Source: a virus
Direction: 5' to 3' (one strand)
Virus record (IMG/VR): IMGVR_UViG_3300009152_000030
Coordinates: 96,001 to 160,000 of that record
Length of the DNA stretch: 64,000 nt
Both the position numbers and the translations under genes were made by a program. The notes under the pieces are model-generated. The model saw only the letters and a list, made by a program, of their open reading frames with translations. It did no database searches and was not told where the DNA came from. This document shows, piece by piece, positions 9,662-21,000 of the stretch (its first letter is position 1; the number at the start of each line of letters is the position of its first letter).

Positions 9662-11013
9662 TGGCTTCAAACAGATATCTACCAAGTACAAGTGGAATAA
9701 TTCTTCCAGATGCTTATAGTGCAAAAAACTATTTAGACCTTGGTGTTGACGGTGATATTTCTATTGTTGCAAATGCGGCGGGTGGATACTCATCTTATGG
9801 TGACAAATTTAACCATGGATTTTGGATTAATGATTTATATTTTGAAGTACCTCCTGAGAGAATAAGTTCTCAGGAAGAAAACTCATATGCGGAATTCCAA
9901 AGTTTAAGAAGCAATTCTGCTTCAAAGATACCAGTAGGCATTGCAAGTGAAATTTTTTCAATCAACTTAAATATTCCAAGTAAAAATTCAATTGTTAATA
10001 TTGACGATAGAACCTCTGAGAGTGGGTCAACTACTGCGGAATATTACGTTAACAATACTCAGAAACGTGGTGGAATTCTAGATCTAATAATTCAGTTCAA
10101 GCATATTCCATTCTCGGTAATTGAGAATGCTTTTTTGCGAGCAAAACTAAAAATACCCCATACACATAATATGGTGTTTTGCATGCATAACTTGGCAATT
10201 TCTACAAGTCCAGGTGAGCCTGGTACTATTGTTGCTACTCTTACAGTAAGCCCAATGGGCTATACTCCGTATAGTGATAAGTGGCTATTCAAAAAGAATT
10301 GGGACGCCAAGAGTGGATCGTCTTTCTATGATGTTAATATGAATTACGCTGGAATATTAAGTAAACTACCTAATTGGAATAAATATCCTTCTAGGTTACA
10401 AGAATCAAATCTAGATCCGTCAATGACTACATATTATTTTGGATCAAAAGATTGGACAGTTAATCCTAAACTTAGCGCAGACAGTAAAACTCAGGTTACT
10501 ACTACTGAGAGTGATCTATCAGTTGTTAATCCTGCATATCAAACAATTGACTCTATTAATAGTCTTGATCAAAACTATATGGTTAAGAGTGATATTACAC
10601 AGTTTGCATATGAAAGTAGTCTTTACAAGCAATATATAGATTGGCTACATGCAAGATGGGCACAGAAAATTGTCAATAATAATAAAGAAGATGAATCAAA
10701 TAGATATGACTTTACTCAAATTAGTCCTTATGGCTCAGAAGACCATAACTTAGGAGATTCTATAATATTGAAGTGGAAAGAGTTTAAGTCTATATCAATT
10801 GATCCAGAAGTTGCGGACGTAATAAGAACTTATTTTAAAAGAAAACTAGCACTTGACCGTGCAAGACTATTCAAGGTTAGATTCCAGGGTGATGGACAAA
10901 TGACTATAGATGGATATGATAAAAATGAATTAGCTGCATTCAGAGAATTAGAAATTACAATGGGTGCTAGTGGTGGACAACCTGGGCGCAGCGGAAATGG
11001 AAAAGTGAATTAA
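9661..11013 (+). CDS. Tail/baseplate hub-associated structural protein (likely N-terminal module of a split hub gene)
   Basis: TAATG-coupled to the RNAP-like gene. The beta-rich segment (INDLYFEVPPERISSQEENSYAEFQSLRS) resembles tail-tube-like/hub domains. Position in the tail module. Confidence 0.45.
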   Translation: MASNRYLPSTSGIILPDAYSAKNYLDLGVDGDISIVANAAGGYSSYGDKFNHGFWINDLYFEVPPERISSQEENSYAEFQSLRSNSASKIPVGIASEIFSINLNIPSKNSIVNIDDRTSESGSTTAEYYVNNTQKRGGILDLIIQFKHIPFSVIENAFLRAKLKIPHTHNMVFCMHNLAISTSPGEPGTIVATLTVSPMGYTPYSDKWLFKKNWDAKSGSSFYDVNMNYAGILSKLPNWNKYPSRLQESNLDPSMTTYYFGSKDWTVNPKLSADSKTQVTTTESDLSVVNPAYQTIDSINSLDQNYMVKSDITQFAYESSLYKQYIDWLHARWAQKIVNNNKEDESNRYDFTQISPYGSEDHNLGDSIILKWKEFKSISIDPEVADVIRTYFKRKLALDRARLFKVRFQGDGQMTIDGYDKNELAAFRELEITMGASGGQPGRSGNGKVN

Positions 11014-11034
11014 TTCTAGAGGTAGGGAAATTAA

Positions 11035-13350
11035 ATGGCAGAGCAAACGTACAGTGATGATTCATCTTATGATGAAGAAATGTCTTTACCTGATCCGTAT
11101 TCAAATATGAGTCCAATTGGTATTCCTGGTCCAGTAACTCCGCCAACATGGATACCGTCTCAGCCAAAACCAAAAGCTAGTTTGCTTGATCGCGGTGCAG
11201 CTGCTTTTAATGATGTATGGCAGTCAGCGAAAGATGGTAGTTTGCCTGAAAAGTACATAGTCAACCCTATTAAGGATTTTTATACAGACCCTGGCTTTTC
11301 AGGTATAAGAAGAGCTGAAGACTTGTCCGAAGACCAAAGAACTAGGCAAGAGCAAGTAGAAATAGATAAAAAAAATAATGTTGATCTTTTAAAACCTGTA
11401 ATTCCAGGACCAAGCGCCAATAGTCCACCTGGATCTGGTAGTGGATCAGGTTCTGGTAGTGGGATGGGGAGCGGATCCGGGAGCGGATCCGGGAGCGGGA
11501 TTCCTTCTCGCAATGAAGCACCAGAAAATATGCCACTTAAAGAAGATAACATACTTGATTATAGGCCTGAAAAACCTGTTAAAGGACTAAGACCTTTTGA
11601 TATAAGAAAATTAGACCTATTTAAGTTAGCAAATTTTTCAGCAGATATAGGTTATACTCTTAATTTTAATATGGTTTTGCTTAGAGCTGCAATGGCAAGA
11701 AGAGAAGCAGGCCTAATACTTATAGGTCCTAAAGGTAAACGGGTAGCTTATGGAGAGCGATGGTACAGCACAAACGACTCTTCAGCAACAGGTCTTTTGC
11801 AATATTTAGGGATATGGGCAATGGCCGCCGTTTTAGAAAAAGCTCCTAAAGCATATAGAGATTTACTTCTTCCTGAATACGTTGACGAGTACAATGCTGA
11901 GAAAGAAGCTTGGTCAACAAATCAAAGAATTCTTAAAGAATACCAACTAATGAAACCAGCGTGGTTTGACGCAAGAACCGAAGTTGATCCTAATAATCCT
12001 GCTCAAAGAAGATGGAAAAAAGAACATAATCCTTATCCTTTTCTTCCTATGCAAGTTCGGGATGGCAGCACCTTTACTAATATTCATTATTTAGATTCAA
12101 GATTTGCAGTAGACGAAATGGCTTTTTTAGATACTTTTGGTAATATGGTTGAAGAACAGTTAAAGTGTGTAGTTGATAACTTAGTTATATATGGAGCAGG
12201 AGAGCAAAAAGCAAGTCTTGTCCCTGAATTAGTTGCAAGTGGAAATCCGGATAATGGAACTTATAGAGTTAAAGGTAGGATTGATGGAGTTTTTCCATAT
12301 TGGGCAATGTATATTGCCCACTTTGCAGGCACTTCAGCTGCTCCAAAATGGATTAGGGCTGATAATATTCTATTGGCAAGTAATTCTAGAGATAAATACC
12401 AGTGGACAAGTCCTGCTCTTGGTGTAGGGCCAAATGACAATCCTTTAAGTAAAAAAGACGATACATTAGATCTGTATTACCAGAATGATGCAGCTTTTGC
12501 TATAAAAAATCCATTTGCAATGATGCCAGATGAAAAAAATAAAGTTCCTGGAACAAATAGTTTTATAAAAAGTTACACCATGAAAGAATTTGGGCAAGGT
12601 CTCCATAGAGCTCATCAAGGCTATACAAAAGGTTATATATTAACTTCTCTTCCTAGTAGTGATTTATGTTTCTATGGTAATACATGGGATAAAGTCATAG
12701 GTGGCATGCAAAAAGATATGCATGATTACTACGTTAAAGCCTATAACAAATATGTTTTGCCTAACATTCAGGGCATAGCAGATAAATATAAATTAAAAGC
12801 ATATCGTCCTTCTCCTGAAAAACAACAAGTTTTGCTTTTTGCTGATTTCTCTGATCGAATAAATGAATACTATAGAAAAAGAGATGATTTTTTCCTAGCT
12901 TTTACTGGATTAGGGCCTGAAGCAAAAGGGTTGTCTGTTCTTGAGATTCTTGATAGGGACTTACAAAGTAATCTTCCTACTCAGGGAGCATACAGAGAAC
13001 AAATGTCTCAGGATATGATGCCAGACATGTTTGAGCATTTCCTTAATTTTTATAGCATTTACGCTGCAAATAAAGGATATGGACTATATTCTGAAGGAGA
13101 ACCAATAATTCCTCAACTTAATATTAGTCCTACTGTTACGGCTATTGCATTAACAAGGGAAGAAAAATACCAAGAACTAGAGGCTGACTTAAGAAAGGAT
13201 CATTGGATAATAAATCCAAATGTAAGTCTTACAAAGGATACGGCAACAACACCGGCGGGAGCGCCAGCAAACCCAACAGCAACTCCAACTGCAAAAGCCG
13301 GATCTGCACCGGCAGAGTTTCCAGCAAGAGGTGGAAGTGGAGAACAATAG
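11035..13350 (+). CDS. Virion-associated lytic transglycosylase (SLT/lysozyme-like) with low-complexity linkers
   Basis: AAMARREAG (putative catalytic Glu, nt 11704), SSATGLLQY and MYIAHFAG motifs. (GS)n linker near the N-terminus; Pro/Ala/Thr-rich C-terminal tail. Confidence 0.65.
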   Translation: MAEQTYSDDSSYDEEMSLPDPYSNMSPIGIPGPVTPPTWIPSQPKPKASLLDRGAAAFNDVWQSAKDGSLPEKYIVNPIKDFYTDPGFSGIRRAEDLSEDQRTRQEQVEIDKKNNVDLLKPVIPGPSANSPPGSGSGSGSGSGMGSGSGSGSGSGIPSRNEAPENMPLKEDNILDYRPEKPVKGLRPFDIRKLDLFKLANFSADIGYTLNFNMVLLRAAMARREAGLILIGPKGKRVAYGERWYSTNDSSATGLLQYLGIWAMAAVLEKAPKAYRDLLLPEYVDEYNAEKEAWSTNQRILKEYQLMKPAWFDARTEVDPNNPAQRRWKKEHNPYPFLPMQVRDGSTFTNIHYLDSRFAVDEMAFLDTFGNMVEEQLKCVVDNLVIYGAGEQKASLVPELVASGNPDNGTYRVKGRIDGVFPYWAMYIAHFAGTSAAPKWIRADNILLASNSRDKYQWTSPALGVGPNDNPLSKKDDTLDLYYQNDAAFAIKNPFAMMPDEKNKVPGTNSFIKSYTMKEFGQGLHRAHQGYTKGYILTSLPSSDLCFYGNTWDKVIGGMQKDMHDYYVKAYNKYVLPNIQGIADKYKLKAYRPSPEKQQVLLFADFSDRINEYYRKRDDFFLAFTGLGPEAKGLSVLEILDRDLQSNLPTQGAYREQMSQDMMPDMFEHFLNFYSIYAANKGYGLYSEGEPIIPQLNISPTVTAIALTREEKYQELEADLRKDHWIINPNVSLTKDTATTPAGAPANPTATPTAKAGSAPAEFPARGGSGEQ
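11467..11498 (+). repeat. Short tandem repeat GGGAGCGGATCC x2.7 inside the Gly-Ser linker
   Basis: Exact 12-nt units at 11467-11478 and 11479-11490 plus a partial unit at 11491-11498; encodes GSGS. Confidence 0.85.
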
Positions 13351-13408
13351 TATCCTATAAATATAGAATAATATAAAACATTAATACTTATTTTAAAAGG
13401 TAAAGACT

Positions 13409-14884
13409 ATGTCAAGAGAAACTGAGTTTGCTTGTTTAATTACTCCCGAAATAGCTTATGATAGGGCAGCCTTAGCAAATATTAAACATAGATATTTTGG
13501 GAACGGCCCCAAATACTATTTCCGAGAAAAATCAGAGGATGAGAGTAAAAATAATAATCGTACTTGTTCTCAAGGATGGGGATGTATTGCAGATGCAGAT
13601 CCAAGACTTGAGTACATGATGATGACAGCAAGTAAGTTTTTACCAAGTGGGTGGACCGTTCATAATACAGGGTGTGTTTACGCAGATGGCGATGGCGCGG
13701 GAGCTGATGCGACGAGTCCAGTATATCTCAGAGCCTCTGGGAGTACTAAGAATCATTTTGCTGGATTAGCAATAGACATAGCAATAAAAACTGCTGATGG
13801 CACTACTCTTTCAAATATTAGAAATTATAGATCCTTTAGAACATATGAGTTGTTTGCTCAAATTATTGGAAAACTTATACACGAAAATTTAGTAACAGAC
13901 GAACAAGGTATTCCTGTTGATTGGAGAGATTTAATTGTTAACAAACAAGGACCAAACGGTGAAGCACCACTTCCTGCAGGTCATCATGGAGCACGACGTC
14001 AGTTCGATGCAGATGGAAAAGAATTCTGGTCCTTTAATGACAATGGGAAATTGATAAAGCATCAAAGTGGTCTTGGCCAGGAAGAGGGAGATTACCTTTT
14101 TACTCCCAGAAATGCTCCTACTACTGGCTTAGGATTTAGATGGGGAGGTTACTTTGGTACAGGAAAGTATTATCTTAGAAGTGAAAAAACTACAACTGAG
14201 CAATTACGTAAACCGAATAACGATGGCAAATTCGAGGGAGAAATAGTAGAGTGGAATCCTGGAAAAAAAATCTTTGAAAAACATAAGATTCCCCTAGTTG
14301 ATGAGGAGGGTGTTCAGGTGGTAGTCTGGAGACCAGATAAGTTTGACAAAAAAGGTAAGCTAATTGAAGCTGCACACTGGGAGAAGCAATATTGGGACGA
14401 AGTAGATAATATTGGTTGGGATTCTATGCATTTTGATTTTCGACCGATTGGAGGTGGGTGGAATCCTGGGGGACTAGATTCAAGGTCAAGAGAGTTATTA
14501 ACAATTCCAGTTGGACTGGGTAACCCAACAGGAGAACCTATCCCTCCAAGAAGTGTAGGGTTGTCAAAGACTGGAGTCCAGAATTTAAGATTACCACTAA
14601 CTCCAGAAGAGTCTTACCATAGATTTAATGAAACTTTAGGAATTCCTATTCCTAAAGATTTTGTTGGCGTAGCACCTCCTCCGGTAATGTTAAATAATCG
14701 AATATCCGAACTTGAATATAATGCACGGGAGGCAGAAATAGAAGCCAGCCAAATGACTCCGTATACCGGCTATTCTGATCCTGATAGTCAGCCTGTAACT
14801 GTTCCAATAGTTACAACAAGTACTAAAAGTAAAACATCGCAGCCGCGTGAGCGTGCACCAAGTGGTCCTTACCGTGAGCGTTAA
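13409..14884 (+). CDS. Peptidase M15-family (L-Ala-D-Glu-like) Zn peptidoglycan hydrolase
   Basis: NHFAGLAID (H-x6-D), FRWGGYF and DSMHFDF motifs; TAAAAGG RBS upstream. Confidence 0.7.
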   Translation: MSRETEFACLITPEIAYDRAALANIKHRYFGNGPKYYFREKSEDESKNNNRTCSQGWGCIADADPRLEYMMMTASKFLPSGWTVHNTGCVYADGDGAGADATSPVYLRASGSTKNHFAGLAIDIAIKTADGTTLSNIRNYRSFRTYELFAQIIGKLIHENLVTDEQGIPVDWRDLIVNKQGPNGEAPLPAGHHGARRQFDADGKEFWSFNDNGKLIKHQSGLGQEEGDYLFTPRNAPTTGLGFRWGGYFGTGKYYLRSEKTTTEQLRKPNNDGKFEGEIVEWNPGKKIFEKHKIPLVDEEGVQVVVWRPDKFDKKGKLIEAAHWEKQYWDEVDNIGWDSMHFDFRPIGGGWNPGGLDSRSRELLTIPVGLGNPTGEPIPPRSVGLSKTGVQNLRLPLTPEESYHRFNETLGIPIPKDFVGVAPPPVMLNNRISELEYNAREAEIEASQMTPYTGYSDPDSQPVTVPIVTTSTKSKTSQPRERAPSGPYRER

Positions 14885-15003
14885 GGCAAGATACAATTGA
14901 ATAAATAATTCAAGAAAGCAAGAGGACGATAGAATAAAGTAAGTAAATAAATAAATGATCTCCTTGCTTAATATAGTATAGAGATCTAAAAGGAAGATTA
15001 CTA

Positions 15004-18000
15004 ATGAGTGAACAAAGAAAAAGTACATATACTTTTGGAACTGATAGGTATGTTCCTGATCCTTGTGCTTCAAAGACTTACTTTAGAAGGGATCCTGCTA
15101 AGCGAAATCCTTTAACTGATGCTCCAGCAGGATGGCATAATCTGGTAGACGTAGATCCTCGTCTAGAAGCTATGATCAAAGCGGCAAGTAAATTTTTGCC
15201 TCCAGGCTGGCAGGTAACAAATAAAGGTAGTGTAAATGAACCAGGCTCTAAAAATATACCAAGACCTTTTACAGGTCATACAACAAGAGCAAAATCCCAA
15301 CAACGTCCTGCAACGATACTAAGAAGTACCAGTGGCAAAGCTCATCATCCAAGAGGACGGGCTATAGATACTGCTCTTATAGATGATAATGGTGACGCTC
15401 TACCCAACATTAGAAGTGCTAATTATTTTAGAGTCTATGAGTTATTTGCACAAATAGTTGTTAAGTGTATAAAAGAGGGGTTGGTTGTCAAGGACAATGG
15501 AGACGCATACGACTGGAGTGATCTTCTTCCAGGAGGCGCTGGACATTCAAGAGGCCCAACAAACGATCAGGGAGACGCTTTAGATCGCTCTTATCAGAAC
15601 GGAGGTTTGAATGCGGCGGGCCAGCAAACAGGTATTCCGCAGGGAGGTACTGGTGTTCGTTGGATGGGTTATCTAATTGACAATGATGGCACTGGTACTG
15701 ACATTACTGCAGATACAATGCACTTTGACTTTGGTGGAGGTGGAGGTGGAGGTGGAACTTTTGCAACTGGCGCTTCACAAGAGGTAATTACTCGATTAAA
15801 GAGACTTGCAAAAAATCAAAATATCTCTATTAAGAATGAATTAGGTGGGGAAAATCCTATTACTAAGGGTGTTCCAAATTGGGCAGCATTCAAATTGCCA
15901 CAAAGCGCAGAAGAAAGTGCAGCTAGGTTCAGAGAAGCTCTTGGGCTACGACCTATTGAAGTTGCACAGGTTGATCCACCTACCCCACCAGTTGAAGTGC
16001 CGGCCGTACTACCACCGCCTCCTGCAGTTGCAGTACTACCAGCACCTCCTGCAGTAGAACCTACGCCGCCTCCTCCTCCTCCTGCAGAAGTTACTCCTGC
16101 TCCTACACCAGCACCAGTGCCCCCGCCACCAGAGCCTGCTAAGCCAGAGATAGCCCCGCCGGCAGAGACTGAAGGCGAACTTTTACTTGCTGTTAGGAAA
16201 TATAAAAAGCAGATTGAAGAACTTAAAGAGATGGGATGGAACCTTTACACAAAAGATCTAACTTCATTTGATTTATTCTATAAAGAAAATACGTTGATAA
16301 TTCCAACGTCAACTAATCCTAATATAAAATTTGATAGATCTGGTATAGGCATAGATAATGTCTATACGTCTAGTCACTTATTTTGTGACTTTATATCTGC
16401 AACGTCTTTCAACGTATTTAAGAAATTACCTATTCAAGGAATTAGTATGCCAACTGCCCAATTTCTTGGGCGTGCTGATAACAGCTTCTTAGTTTCATTT
16501 AAGTCTCTTGGTTTAGATTCTGTTCGTCAAATAGAAGTCATAAAAGATACTCTAAAGAAGCAAGCTATACAGTATAAGTTTATTCCTGAGTCTTATGTTC
16601 TAAGAGTAGAGAATAACTTTATTAATGCAATGGGAGATCTATATTTTGTAATCAATGGATTAGATAGTGCAACACTACCTGAAACGCCAGGTACTTATGC
16701 AACTGAAATGCGATTAACTGCTAATGATATTTACATTAAGAATCCAAAGATTAAAAGACAATCACTAGTCAGTAGTAAAGATATTAAAAGAACTTTTATA
16801 GAAGAGTTGCTTTCAAGAACAAGTGTTACTTATGGGATAGAAGTACCTGGTAAAGAAAATATAATTTCAAGTATTGATTCTATTTCTAATAATTATGATC
16901 CAACGTCTATTACGGCAACTGATCCAAATGAAGCTGTTATAGACTTATTAGACTCAAGTCTTAATAAGATTCAAGATGAACTTTTCTTGTATTGGAATAC
17001 AACAAGAAGTGTTTGGTACAACGATACCCTTCAAGGCCTAGGTGAAGGCCATAAAGCCTTCATGCGTAATATTTGTGGCATTATTAATCTTTGCAATAGG
17101 TTAATTATTCCCAATGGCTATAGATATATAGATACTGATTATCGACTCAAAATCCCAGAAGGAAAAGAGATAATTGATTTATTCCATCGCAAAGGAAATG
17201 GGTTTCTACATCCTACTCTTAGATACGATGAACCTTATTTATGGCTTAAAGACTATAGTAAAAAATACGAAAGTGAATTTCTTCCAGGAGGTATGGGCAC
17301 AGTACTTGGACAACAATATATTTTATTCCAGTTGCTTGCTCCTATTGGTCTTGATGGTATTGCTCCGGCCTATTGGGATTTTAAACTTGAGTTTGAGCAT
17401 ACAGAATATGACTTAAGTGAATTGCCACTTCGTATTGAAGCTTTTAGCTTTGCCGATGGTGAAGGGCAAAGCTCTTATGCTGATGCATTAAATGCTTGGT
17501 CTAAGTCAGGAGATGTAAAAACAAACCCAATGGCTCCATTTATTAGATCTCATAGATCTGTTCTTGCCCTTGCGAGGAATACTTGGTTTCTTTGGATGTG
17601 GCGAACTTCTCTTATGCAACAGAATGCTACTGGAAATAGTGCACTAGGTTATGCCGCATCTTTTTTTGAAGGTACTCCTAGAGTATTTGTTGAGCTTCGT
17701 GATGCTAATAAAACCAAAACAGATACAGCTCTTCGTGAAAATTGGCATTATGTTAGATATTTTGCGCCAAATGAAATTTTCCAGGAAGAAATTCCTGGCC
17801 CAAATTTTCTCAGAGGTCTAACCGTCGAAGCCAAAGAATACGGCGTTAATATATTTGAGCTAGTCAAGCCTATTACAAGTCTTGAAACTCTAATGTTTCC
17901 CCAAGATGATATTGGGGGAGGCTTTAAAGATGGAGATGACGTCTCTACAAGTAATCCTTATACAATTATGAAGCCTGGCGCTAAGATGTTATTTAAACCT

Positions 18001-21000
18001 TGGAAAGGTTTTGATGTTAAAGATATGATTCTTGATATTGCATTAGTTTGGGGTGGTGAATTTGTAGTTGCAAAAATAGGAGCAGGAATTGTAAAGGTTG
18101 GATCTTTTATTATTGGCAAAGGAACTGCTGTAGTCAAAGCAGGAGGAGCAGTAGTTGCTAACACTAAAGCAGGCTCAACGGTAATGACAACCGCAGGAGC
18201 TGTTACTGCATGGTGGAAAACAAGTGGTTTTGTTGTGGCTTGTACGCAAAAACTTTCTGCTATCAGACATTGGCTGCTTTGGAATTCAGCAGCTACGGAT
18301 ATTAGAATTGCTGGTCTTTTAGTAAAAGATAAAGTTTCTGCTATCGGAAGCCGTCTAGGGATGGCAGCAGCAACTGTTCCCAAGACTTCAATTAGAGCAC
18401 GCGTAGCTGCCCAAGATGCGTTAGCCGCTGGGGGTATGAGCTCAAAGACTATTCAATTTGTTCCAGGAAAACAAACACTTATTACAGCTGCTTCAGTTGC
18501 TGGTGAAGATATATACGATGCCTACAGTAAGAGTTTAACGCAAGACCAGCTTAATACTGAATTAGCAAAAAACAGAATTAATAATAGTGTTGGTGGGTTT
18601 GGTCTGAATTCTGCTAATGCTCAATTAAACGTCGAAAGTTTCTATTATGATTTTCATGAAAGAACAATCAATGGCGCAAATCCTAATTATGATCAAGATT
18701 CAGTTGTATTAACAAGTATTACAAGATGGCAAGGAGGAGCTTCTGGGGATATAATTGATGCCGACGTAGGACTTGATATTGAACGCTTTTTTGAAGCTGC
18801 AGGTCGAGATGGAGATCCAGTTAAAAAACCTCTTCTATTAAAAAATAACAAAGGATACAAAAATCCAAGAAAAGTTGTTGATTTTGTTACTGAGTTTGAA
18901 GAGATTATTAATAACCCAGGATCAAATGGTTGGATGAAGTTAACTGTTCCTAACAAGTACTTTATGGATTATATTTGGAACTATTTAATTATTCCTTATT
19001 TGAATAATGTTTTTGATTTCGAGAATATCTATAAAATTAGCACTGAGACAGAATTCTTCCCAAAGACAAGAGAACTTTTAATTGCACAAGAACAGAGCCT
19101 AGTGGAAGCTACATACGAAGACTTAGATCTTCCTTTGCATCCTTACTGGAATCAAAGAGTAAGTGCTCTTGGATTTGATGCAGTTGTAGATAATTTTTAT
19201 CAGAATCAAGATATGCCTGATAATCAAGTTATTGCTAATTTCTCAAGAGGAAATAGTTTTACTGAGCCAGATTTTTATCTTTATAATCCATCGATTGACG
19301 GCAATGACGAACTACTTGCGGATCGACAGATTGATAACACAAAACTAAGCGCAAGATGGTCCGCTGAAGATATATATAATTTTGGAATTAATATGTCTGC
19401 TAACCTTGCTGCTGGAGATGTTGAGAGACTTCAAAAAACAGGTAGCCCTTTAAACGCAGATTTACGAGGTGGAACTCCTGCTACCCGCAAAAATTTTAAA
19501 GATACATACAAGTCATTCCTTGATCAGAATAAATTAATGGAAGGAGTAATTGGAGCTTGGAATAACGAAATTCATGATACGCAAGTTGCTCCCAAGCAGG
19601 ATCCTAATCTTGATAATGCTGACAAAGTTGATAAGGCTACTGGTGAAAATCTTGCATATCCAAAGTCAAAAAGCCCAAAGGCTGGATGGGAAGAACTAGT
19701 ATTATGGCTTGGCCCTAATCAAGACTTACTTGCTCCTATGTCTATGAACTTTGACAAAAGTGATAGTGAGAACATTAACCTAAGAATGAGTACACTTGCA
19801 AACGTTACTCTTCAGGATTTTAATAGAGTCAAAGGAGAAGACTATATTCTTAGAATGCAGCAATATCTTCGAGAAGATTATAACGAGTTCTTAAAAAGCA
19901 TTAAGCGCCCAGAAGTTGGCGAGACAGAAGAAGGTATTTCTCCTGATGAGTCCATAGAACCTTCTCCTGCCGGAACTGCAGAAAAACCAAGACAAAAATT
20001 TGGACAACCAGAAGAAACTAATCAATCAGTGGCAAGACCAGATTTTAATCTTTATAACTTTTTTGATGACGACTGTGGCGGAGGAGATCCTTCAGTCCTG
20101 TTACAGTTTTCTACTGAAAGATACGCAAACTTAACTAGATTACATGATGGACTAAAAAGCATTGGTAGAAAAAAACTAGCAGCAAGAAGAGCTTATCCTG
20201 TTTGTAAAATTTATCTAATAGAAGAAGACGATATTTATAATTCAGAATATGTAGAGTTAGATGAAATTTATACATATTCTAAAATTGAGCGATTGGAAAT
20301 TGCTGATAGTCGTAAACGTCCAAGTTCTATTTGTCGACTTACATTTGTAGATCCAAATGGTGTCCTTACTGGTTTTAATCAGTTCTCAAAAGCAGCCAAC
20401 TCTATATTGATTGGCGATGATAAGATTACTGAAAGAAGAGCTAATGTTGGAACTGGGTTAGATTTCGAATCTAGCAATGCGCTTGTTAGAGGTACAGAAT
20501 TTGAGCAATCCGATATTGGGTTTGTTTTAAATGCGGGGATGAAGATTAAAGTATGCTTAGGTTTTAGTAATGATGCTAATAAGCTAGAAGAGGTATTTCT
20601 TGGAGAAATTACTGATATTAATCTAGATGGCTCTGGGAATAAGATTGAAGTTGTTGCCCAGTCTTATGGAGCTGAATTAATTGCAAAATTAAAAGGAACT
20701 ACGCCAAAAGAGACATCAGTTCAGCATATGGATACTTTTGATCTTTTAGCTAGATTAATGTTTGAGCCAGAAATCATTCACTTTGGTAAAAAGAAATTTG
20801 ACAGTATTATTTCCTTTGGTGAAGACAAAAGTATTGAAGTATCAAACTTGGCTTATAAAGAAGGATTTGCTGTTGGCGGTATGCATAATGCTAGAAGAAA
20901 AGGTGGTTTTATAAACTATCTTTATACTTTTGAGGATAGTCTTGATATGAACTGGATTGACGGGACTCTTGACGCCTTAGAGAATTGGAAAACAAATGCA

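Noticed and set aside
11011-11037. Stop-codon readthrough or recoding joining the in-frame 450-aa and 771-aa ORFs
   Set aside because: The spacer has four in-frame stops (TAA, TAG, TAG, TAA) and a purine-rich RBS-like stretch. TAG and TAA end many genes normally here, so there is no sign of an alternative code.
13356-13363. T4-type late promoter TATAAATA
   Set aside because: Single instance in a very AT-rich spacer; the encoded sigma is RpoD-like, not gp55-like.
14690-15073. 127-aa antisense ORF spanning the intergenic gap
   Set aside because: Overlaps two well-supported + strand genes; its hydrophobicity reflects the complement of A-rich DNA.
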